DNA from: a virus
Lineage: Duplodnaviria; Caudoviricetes
Strand: one strand, 5' to 3'
DNA: 40,824 bases
Virus record (IMG/VR): IMGVR_UViG_3300037714_000079
Coordinates: 1-40,824 of that record
The notes below the pieces were generated by a model that was not told the origin of the DNA, did no database searches, and saw nothing but the letters and a program-made list of their open reading frames with translations. Of this stretch, positions 34,265 to 40,824 are shown piece after piece (positions within the stretch are counted from its first letter, which is position 1; each line of letters starts with the position of its first letter). The translations under genes were made by a program, and so were the position numbers.

Positions 34265-34304
34265 GGCAGGGCCTAGGCGAACGGGCGAACTCCTAGGCCC
34301 TGCC
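34265..34304 (-). terminator. Hairpin after the capsid gene (attenuator / pseudoknot)
   Basis: 13-bp GGCAGGGCCTAGG/CCTAGGCCCTGCC followed by TTTC. Confidence 0.65.
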
Positions 34305-34311
34305 AGCTTCA

Positions 34312-35802
34312 TTAGGCGTTGGTCACCTGGAGCAGACGCCAACCCACAACCGTGTCACTCGCCGCGTGGCCAACCGTCAGGTTGGCACCCGTGCGGTGGT
34401 GAGCCAGCCAACCGCGCTGACCGGTCGGGCGACCATTGGTGGTACCGAATAGGTTCGGCACGAACTCCACCGACAAACCAAGACGGTCGTAGATGAGGTA
34501 CGTAGACGGGTCACCGACAGCAAGCACGTTGTTCGTGCCGCTGGTAGTAATGTCGCCGTCCATCGCTGAGTATTCCGAAACCCGCGCCATGATGGCCGGG
34601 TAGTTCCGGACGTTGGCGTTGGCCTGGGTATCGAACTGCTGAACGTCGTTGAGAACCGTGAGGTTAGCCAGCCACTGAGTACGGTCGTTGCGGTAGCGCG
34701 GGGGAAGCGCTTCGTACAACTTGTACAGGTCGGCCTGCCCGAAGACACCGTTCGTGGTCGAAGAAACTTCCGCGTTGGTGTTGGCGTCCAACGCGGTGAT
34801 CAAACCCCGGGGCTGGGAGGTGCCGTTACCAGTTGCAAACACGGTGGCCTCAACGTCATCGATCTCGTCATTGATCAGAGCAATGATCTCCGACTCCGCA
34901 CCCCGTGCATCCTCGAACGCCTCGAAGCTGATCGGGACGAACACGGTGCCCTTGTAGGCAGTCACGGTCGGGTTCTCGAAGCTGGGCGAGTTGTCGTCAA
35001 CCTCAGCGTCTTCAGCCTTCCAACTGTGAGACACACCCGAGGTCCGAACCGAGGTGTACACGTTGGTCGTACCGGTCTCCGTCCGCGCGAGGCGGCGAAG
35101 TGGGTTGGTACGGCCCGCGTTGGCAAGGATGATCGTGGTGTCCAGGTGGGATGGAATCAGGACCCCGGTAACATCCGAGAGACCCAGCGACCGGGCCAAC
35201 ATGGCACGCTGCGAAAGAGCACTGCGCTCCTCAACGGTCAGGTCTTCACCGACCATCTTCCGAAGGAAGGCATCCGCGTAGACGTCCGAGGCACCCAGGA
35301 GGATGAACTCAGACAGACCACGGGTCTGCGAGGAGTCATGGCCCCGACGCTCAATGAGCTTAGTAGCCGCTTCCTTGTGCTCGTCCGACACAAACCGGGT
35401 AGAACGCTCGATAGCGTCCAGGGCCCGCGCCTTGCACTCAGAGGCTCGCTTCTCGCCGTAGGCAGGAAGGCCCGACAGGTCGAACGGGTCAGTCTTCGTA
35501 CGAACACCCGTATTCGCCTTGCTACGCCACGCGTCCGGCTGAGAGCCCGGTTCGCCGGTAGGCTTACCCTCATCGGCGAGGGCGCGGGAACGAAGTTCCT
35601 CGCGCTCGGTCTCGCGCTTGATATCCGCAAGCAAGCCGGTAACCTTGCCGTCGTCCGATCGGGTCTCCAGCTCGGCTTCAATCTCAGCCGCGCGGGTGTC
35701 CTGCTCATCAGTAAGCTCAGCGGCGTCAACCTCGCTGAGGGTGCGCAGTTCGGTGATAAGCTCACCCTTGCGCTCCAGAAGCTTTTCCAGCTTCGTTTTC
35801 AT
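34312..35802 (-). CDS. HK97-fold major capsid protein with N-terminal delta domain
   Basis: Coiled-coil N-terminus; GxLIP, NPLRxLA, WxxE, GxGxxQPxG, GDxxxYxIxDR. Confidence 0.93.
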   Translation of the reverse strand: MKTKLEKLLERKGELITELRTLSEVDAAELTDEQDTRAAEIEAELETRSDDGKVTGLLADIKRETEREELRSRALADEGKPTGEPGSQPDAWRSKANTGVRTKTDPFDLSGLPAYGEKRASECKARALDAIERSTRFVSDEHKEAATKLIERRGHDSSQTRGLSEFILLGASDVYADAFLRKMVGEDLTVEERSALSQRAMLARSLGLSDVTGVLIPSHLDTTIILANAGRTNPLRRLARTETGTTNVYTSVRTSGVSHSWKAEDAEVDDNSPSFENPTVTAYKGTVFVPISFEAFEDARGAESEIIALINDEIDDVEATVFATGNGTSQPRGLITALDANTNAEVSSTTNGVFGQADLYKLYEALPPRYRNDRTQWLANLTVLNDVQQFDTQANANVRNYPAIMARVSEYSAMDGDITTSGTNNVLAVGDPSTYLIYDRLGLSVEFVPNLFGTTNGRPTGQRGWLAHHRTGANLTVGHAASDTVVGWRLLQVTNA

Positions 35803-35811
35803 GTGCGTCTC

Positions 35812-36555
35812 CTAGACGATGTACTTGCGATAAATCTGGCGAATTGCCTGGGGGGTCCGACGAGTGCCAGTTCGCGAGTCGTCTTCAGAAGTCCGCGCGG
35901 GGGCTGACGCCGTGCGCTGAGAGATAGCTCTCTCAAGGTAGGTTTCGACAACCTTAGGGTCTTTACGCCTAAGGCCCTCGTAATACCAATCCGTGGCTGA
36001 ACGAACATTAGCCGTAGCAGCCGGGTTAGCGGGGAACAACGTAGGGCCTGCCTCGAACACCCGCTGTTCCAAGATGGTCCGCTGGGGAATGCCGTCCGGG
36101 TTGAAGTCCGAAGGCTCCGGGTCGTAATCCCACTCATCGCGGACAACTTGGAATCGATAGGATGATCCGTAGATGCCGGACCGGAGGGCAGGCAAGAGGT
36201 CATTCACATATGGGGTGTCGAACAGCTCAGCCTCATAAGAGGCCCCCGTTCGATCCTCGTTCAGCGAGGAGAAGCGACCCAAGGGTTTATCGCCCACTGT
36301 CGGATCTAGGCCATGCTCGAAAAGCACATGAATCGTTGGCCTGCTGGCATCCCGGAAAGCGTTGAATGTCCTCTTGAACGAACCTGAAGCGGTTCGCTCC
36401 ATGAAGTGGCCCTCAAACATAGAGTTGATTTCAAACCAATTGTCGAATACCGAGAAGTGCCCTTCGAGGGTGGACGAGTTCTCATCGGCTTTGGCTCGCT
36501 CTGTAACAGCGCGGAGGACCGGAAGATCCAGCCGCGCCGGGGGCGCTTCGGTCAC
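35812..36555 (-). CDS. HK97-type prohead protease
   Basis: GHFSVF, FxE, LFxHG..PLG, GSSYRF, ExGPxxFPA. Confidence 0.9.
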   Translation of the reverse strand: MTEAPPARLDLPVLRAVTERAKADENSSTLEGHFSVFDNWFEINSMFEGHFMERTASGSFKRTFNAFRDASRPTIHVLFEHGLDPTVGDKPLGRFSSLNEDRTGASYEAELFDTPYVNDLLPALRSGIYGSSYRFQVVRDEWDYDPEPSDFNPDGIPQRTILEQRVFEAGPTLFPANPAATANVRSATDWYYEGLRRKDPKVVETYLERAISQRTASAPARTSEDDSRTGTRRTPQAIRQIYRKYIV

Positions 36556-37898
36556 TTCTGACCTCCGTTATCTGTGGTTTTAGGTTCGGATACAGGATCA
36601 GCGGTAACCGTCCCTGGGGGTTGAAGCTGAACACTCAACATCCCGGTGTGCTTCAACTGGCTGAGGTCGTTGTTAACAACTGCGTCGATAGCTGACTGAG
36701 GCTCGAAACCGTCTCGGACCGCGACCGCGATGGTCGATACACCCGTCTTGTTAATCGTGGCCTGGTCTATAGCGTCGTCCTGCAAGAAGGGCATGTCATC
36801 GCCGATCACTACAAGCTCATGGCTCTGATTCGGTGGCTTCAGAAGATTGGACATTGCCGCCGCCGCCTCTTCCCACAGGTATTGCAGGTGGATATCCGAG
36901 AACAACCGGCGGATAGAGTTGAAGTTGCCCGCGTTCAGGCTGGCACCCTGCATACCTTCGCTAGCCCCGGCGATAACCGGGTGCACTCCAGCGGCCATTA
37001 GGATACGAGTCTCCGCTTTCCCCTGGGTAGCTGCGAATTCCATCTGTTGCATGTTCGCGCCAACCACTGTGGCGTCCGCACCACCACCCAGATAGAGGGT
37101 TTTGTACGCGGATTCGATACCTTGGCCACCCTTTTCGATCAGCTTCTTGAACGCTTCGATTTGCTTGGGCGTAGTGGTGGCGTCGAACGACACGATCATG
37201 TTAGGCGTGGCACCCGACTCGAAGAACTTGAGCTTATGGTCCGTAGCCTGCTTATCGGCCTGAACCTCTCGAATGATGGGGGTCATCCAAGACATGCCAC
37301 GGAACCGCGCTAGCGGGTCCGGGAAGGGAGCGAAATGGGCTACCTCGTTCTGGAAGTAGAACCTACCCTCAGACTCGGGGGGCTTATACACGTACCCGAG
37401 GACTTCGGCATCTTCCGCGATCGACGGATTATCCGGTTCGAGATTGGATCCCAGAACGATGGTTACCCAGTCGGGGCGGAGAAACCCGAACTTGTTTCCG
37501 AAGTCCACCACATAAGCGTTGCCACTAGGGTCCGCGTGGTTAATCATTCGGGACAACAGTCTGGACTCGGTGCCACCCGGCCACGGTTTACGAACGCGGT
37601 TTAGTGACGTTGCCCGACGAACCTTACCGGTGTCGAGGTCCCGCCATCGGAATGTCCCTTGGCTGAAAACTTTCATCCGGATATCGGAGGCCGCGAAGAC
37701 TACGGGGTTGCCCGCCATCATCGAGATGGAGTAATCCTCGAACGTCCTCGGAGCAGGCTCCACGTTGCCGTGGATTGTCTGATTAGGTGCATGTGGGTAT
37801 CTGTGGCCCATGAACTCAAAGAACCAGTCCATTCCGAGTCCTTCGGATCGGACTTCGGAGCCCGTCAGCCGCTGGACTCCGCGTTGCCATAGTTTCAC
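36552..37898 (-). CDS. Portal protein (HK97 family)
   Basis: GNAY, LRPDWV, EVAHF..GMS, FFExGATP. Confidence 0.93.
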   Translation of the reverse strand: MKLWQRGVQRLTGSEVRSEGLGMDWFFEFMGHRYPHAPNQTIHGNVEPAPRTFEDYSISMMAGNPVVFAASDIRMKVFSQGTFRWRDLDTGKVRRATSLNRVRKPWPGGTESRLLSRMINHADPSGNAYVVDFGNKFGFLRPDWVTIVLGSNLEPDNPSIAEDAEVLGYVYKPPESEGRFYFQNEVAHFAPFPDPLARFRGMSWMTPIIREVQADKQATDHKLKFFESGATPNMIVSFDATTTPKQIEAFKKLIEKGGQGIESAYKTLYLGGGADATVVGANMQQMEFAATQGKAETRILMAAGVHPVIAGASEGMQGASLNAGNFNSIRRLFSDIHLQYLWEEAAAAMSNLLKPPNQSHELVVIGDDMPFLQDDAIDQATINKTGVSTIAVAVRDGFEPQSAIDAVVNNDLSQLKHTGMLSVQLQPPGTVTADPVSEPKTTDNGGQK

Positions 37899-38053
37899 GT
37901 GGAGTCACCTTTCTTGACATCGATTTGGGCGATGCCAATGAGAAGTAGGGATAAACCAGCGACGGCGTTTCCGAGGATCGGGCTAACCTGGTACATGCTC
38001 CAGAGGAACAACCCCCAGCCCAAAACGATGGTAATTGCTACTTTGAAGTTCAT
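37895..38053 (-). CDS. Small two-TM protein, 52 aa, between terminase and portal; not in the ORF track
   Basis: Read by hand: MNFKVAITIVLGWGLFLW...; GTGA overlap with portal. Confidence 0.7.
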   Translation of the reverse strand: MNFKVAITIVLGWGLFLWSMYQVSPILGNAVAGLSLLLIGIAQIDVKKGDST

Positions 38054-38058
38054 GCCCG

Positions 38059-39522
38059 TTACCCCGCGAATCCGAATAGCTCTCCGTCATTGCACTGTGA
38101 ATAAGCCACCGTGGCGGCCATGAACGGCCCGATATCCGAACGGCTCTGCACCCGGGACCACACCTTGCGATCCCCCTGAGGCCTGCCGATGAGGCCCTCT
38201 ACGGCCTCGGTCATCTTCACGCCGTATTTGCCGCGAGGAGTGAACCCGATTTTCTGGTCCGCGATGGCGTCGTAGATACGTCCACAGGCCAGGCTGGTCT
38301 CTGAGGCAGTCAGGGCTTTAACCATGACACCTTCGTTTGCCAAATCCTTAGCCAGGTAAGCAGCGGGCCCGGAACCGTCGAGGACAAATAAGCACTCCCA
38401 CTTGTCGTACAACTCCTTGCAACGCTGCACGGCCTGAGCGACACTCGGTAGGTAATCCAGGACCTCTACAATCTTGTTCTCACCCACTACAACGATCGAA
38501 GCTGACGAGTGGTCCTCTGCGATGTCCAGGCCGAAGATGAAGTCTTCGGTGGGGACGTCTACCGTCTGAACCGATTCCCACATCTGACGGGAGATCTCCC
38601 GGTCCTCATGTTGGGTAGACGGCACGTTGCCGTAAGCTCGCATAAACTCCGTGAGCGGCATTGACTGCCGTTCTCGGGTGAGAAATTCGATCCCGATGGT
38701 GTGCTGCCATTGCCCCTTGCCACACCCACACCCGTGGATCTCAAAGTCAGGGTCGGGGCAAAGCGCCGGGTGGAAGCTGTAGAAGCTCTCGGTGTCGAAC
38801 GGGTCCCAGTTCTCACCACCTGGGGCAGAGAACTCGAAGTAGGCAATACCGTGCCCGGAGTCATTGGCCACGGCCTCTCGGCCGATCTTGACCTTGTGGT
38901 TATAGACGACACTAAGGTCAGTTCCTGCCGTGGAGCAGTTAAGGAGCTGGGCATCATGACGGGTGGCCATCGTAGGCCGTAGGCCCTGTTCCCGGGCGAA
39001 GTCTGCGTCGTGCCAAATCTCATCTAGCACGGCTAGGTCGAGGGTTTTGGAGTGGCCTGCCGACTTTGAGGAGCTGGCCAAACGGAGCATAGATCCGTTC
39101 TTGAACCGTACATACTCATTACCCATACCCGTGCGGGGTGGCCCATCCATGAACCTCGCCAGGGGTGAACGTTCCATCATTGGGAAAAGTTCATCTAGCC
39201 ATTTATCCCTGGCATCACGGCCCGTTTGGGCCGTGAAGATTGTCCGCTGAGGATGGGTCCACCTGGGGGCCAGGCAGCGAGACACCATATATCCGGCGTA
39301 AAAGGTTGTCTTCCCAGACTGCCGGGGAACGGTCACGATGATTTCGCCGTAAGCCGGGCGGCCTGTCCTCGGGTCGATCTCGCCAGCGACGTCGGACACA
39401 AGGCGCTGCCATGGCATCAGAGGAACACCCAAAGCTTTCGCTGTAGCTGCTACCTCGGGGCCGAAGGTCTCCCGTTCGGGACGCCTGGGGGTGGCGTATT
39501 GCGGCTTGCACACCCGGTCCAC
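38059..39522 (-). CDS. terL: Terminase large subunit
   Basis: LMPWQ, VPRQSGKT Walker A, VLDE Walker B, STAG, nuclease GLD; start taken at GTG 39522 behind AGGAG. Confidence 0.93.
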   Translation of the reverse strand: MDRVCKPQYATPRRPERETFGPEVAATAKALGVPLMPWQRLVSDVAGEIDPRTGRPAYGEIIVTVPRQSGKTTFYAGYMVSRCLAPRWTHPQRTIFTAQTGRDARDKWLDELFPMMERSPLARFMDGPPRTGMGNEYVRFKNGSMLRLASSSKSAGHSKTLDLAVLDEIWHDADFAREQGLRPTMATRHDAQLLNCSTAGTDLSVVYNHKVKIGREAVANDSGHGIAYFEFSAPGGENWDPFDTESFYSFHPALCPDPDFEIHGCGCGKGQWQHTIGIEFLTRERQSMPLTEFMRAYGNVPSTQHEDREISRQMWESVQTVDVPTEDFIFGLDIAEDHSSASIVVVGENKIVEVLDYLPSVAQAVQRCKELYDKWECLFVLDGSGPAAYLAKDLANEGVMVKALTASETSLACGRIYDAIADQKIGFTPRGKYGVKMTEAVEGLIGRPQGDRKVWSRVQSRSDIGPFMAATVAYSQCNDGELFGFAG

Positions 39523-39530
39523 GGCGTCTC

Positions 39531-39686
39531 CTATTTTTCTAAGTGCACCAAGAGATGTTCCAAGTGGGTAATACACACCCGGATGCCTGTATGAGCGGGA
39601 TCTCCGGCGGCTTTACGTACCTCTTCCATACCTCGGTAAGCACTAATCAGGTCCCTTACTAGGGCAGGGGCGATAGTGTTACGCAC
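39531..39686 (-). CDS. Hypothetical protein, 51 aa (MRNTIAPALVRDL...), between terS and terL; not in the ORF track
   Basis: Read by hand: AAGGAG SD; fills the gap exactly. Confidence 0.55.
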   Translation of the reverse strand: MRNTIAPALVRDLISAYRGMEEVRKAAGDPAHTGIRVCITHLEHLLVHLEK

Positions 39687-39924
39687 CAAAAAACTCCTTC
39701 AGCGCTTCGTCCATCGGTTGATCGGGGGGTGTGCCGACCGGAAATAGGTCCTTGACGGCCTCTCGGTACTGACGCCAGATATTCGCGTCGTTGGGTCGGC
39801 CGTCTACTACCTCTGCCAAACCACGAGCGATCTCGATTTGAGCTGTGTCCTTCTCCGTCAGAAGCCCGGTAGACCGGAGAATGTCGATCGTTTTATCGAG
39901 GGATGTGAGTTGATTCATCACCAC
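39679..39924 (-). CDS. Terminase small subunit (actinophage type)
   Basis: Helical DxAxxxxARxLAxxxD motif; between HNH and terL. Confidence 0.7.
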   Translation of the reverse strand: MVMNQLTSLDKTIDILRSTGLLTEKDTAQIEIARGLAEVVDGRPNDANIWRQYREAVKDLFPVGTPPDQPMDEALKEFFGA

Positions 39925-40187
39925 TCCCTCGAAGCTGGCTCGCTACCCTTGGACACGAAGCTGATTGGTTTCTGACGTCGGCCCCGGTTGCAAGGGGCAC
40001 ATGCCGCCCGGTGGTTGCTCGGGTCGAGGATGGGGCCACCCATCTCCAACGGGATGATGTGGTCTAAGTCTTCGGCCTTACCGGTGCACCTCGGTCCACG
40101 GATCTGGCATTCGTAGTTATCCCTAGCGAAGACCGCGCTTCGCGCGCGGTCTCGGATCGACTGAGGGATATCGGACCATCTACTCAT
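39918..40187 (-). CDS. HNH endonuclease (HK97 gp74-like packaging accessory)
   Basis: RDxYxCQ..C..DHIIP..GG..N.RAACxxCN. Confidence 0.88.
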   Translation of the reverse strand: MSRWSDIPQSIRDRARSAVFARDNYECQIRGPRCTGKAEDLDHIIPLEMGGPILDPSNHRAACAPCNRGRRQKPISFVSKGSEPASREW

Positions 40188-40734
40188 CGCCTTCGGTCAC
40201 GACTTCCAGCAATCGGGTGTCCGCAACGGAGACGAACCCGCTGCATCCGGTGTTGGTGATGACTGCCCGGCGTACGGCCGTAACCACGTCTACGGCACCC
40301 CACGGACCCGTGTCACCGAGGTAACCCAGGGCCTCACCCATGCCGCTACCGATGACAGCTCGGGGACTGTGGTCCGCGATGACGGCCCCGTCGCTGTAAA
40401 TCGTGGCGAACCGGCCACGGTTCGCGATCACCGCGTAAACCGAGTCTTCGTCCTCAACCTCATACTTAGCGAGTGCCTTACGGATAGCAGGGACCACCCG
40501 AGTAACCACGTGCCGCATCCAATTGGGCTCTTCCTTTGGACGCCACGTAGGCCACGAAGCCTCGTACTTCAAAATCTGCGCTGATCGGAGGCTACCCGCA
40601 CACCCGATGACGTATTTACCTTCGATCCAGATTTTGGGCTCCGAGGTTTCCAGCTGAGTGCCACCTAGGGAGACTTGCCGATCAGCCGCCATGACTACAC
40701 GTTTACCGACCTTGGCGGCGACGATTACGGTCAC
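40180..40734 (-). CDS. Ntn-hydrolase, proteasome-beta/HslV-like threonine peptidase
   Basis: After Met removal: Thr1, Asp17, Lys33 at exact spacing; AGS and IGSG motifs. Confidence 0.8.
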   Translation of the reverse strand: MTVIVAAKVGKRVVMAADRQVSLGGTQLETSEPKIWIEGKYVIGCAGSLRSAQILKYEASWPTWRPKEEPNWMRHVVTRVVPAIRKALAKYEVEDEDSVYAVIANRGRFATIYSDGAVIADHSPRAVIGSGMGEALGYLGDTGPWGAVDVVTAVRRAVITNTGCSGFVSVADTRLLEVVTEGDE

Positions 40735-40824
40735 AGGTTCTCTCCTCTACCTGGGGACTCTTACATACAGTTATCAAAGGTCACACGGAGCTAGCCCTAT
40801 AGGTCGATCTGTGTAAAAAAGCAG

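Larger units (their letters stand above)
1..40824. mobile_element. Temperate actinobacteriophage (siphovirus) genome, probably complete, cos-type packaging
   Basis: Full set of head, tail, lysis, integration, immunity and replication genes; no host genes at either edge. Confidence 0.9.

Noticed and set aside
35026-35907. 293-aa antisense ORF over the capsid gene (and similar antisense ORFs elsewhere)
   Set aside because: Shadow ORFs expected from high-GC codon bias

Overview
The window looks like a complete or near-complete ~40.8 kb genome of a temperate actinobacterial siphovirus, shown reverse-complemented relative to the usual convention. The minus strand (40734 to 22076) carries an HK97-type virion and lysis arm. 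In order it encodes a proteasome-beta/HslV-like peptidase, HNH, terminase small and large subunits, portal, prohead protease, major capsid, a two-domain glycosyltransferase, neck and tail genes, a frameshifting tail chaperone, tape measure, minor tails, an amidase endolysin and a holin. A Bxb1-like serine integrase and small genes follow. The plus strand (2400-19786) carries an early/replication arm resembling mycobacteriophage cluster A: an L5 gp71-like repressor with stoperator-like repeats, Cas4-like exonuclease, prim-pol/helicase, Endo VII, DnaQ-like exonuclease, sigma-like protein, SSB-like protein, PolA, DUF6378, HAD phosphatase, HNH and two MazG-like genes. The most unusual signals are non-coding. 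They are a ~530-nt densely folded element beside two degenerate tRNAs, a ~360-nt structured early leader ending in a tRNA T-arm mimic, further structured intergenic elements, a likely programmed -1 frameshift in a non-tail gene, a pseudoknot with a recurring GAACGGG motif in the late operon, and a perfect CRP box upstream of the repressor. All family assignments come from motif recognition by eye; no database searches or folding computations were run.
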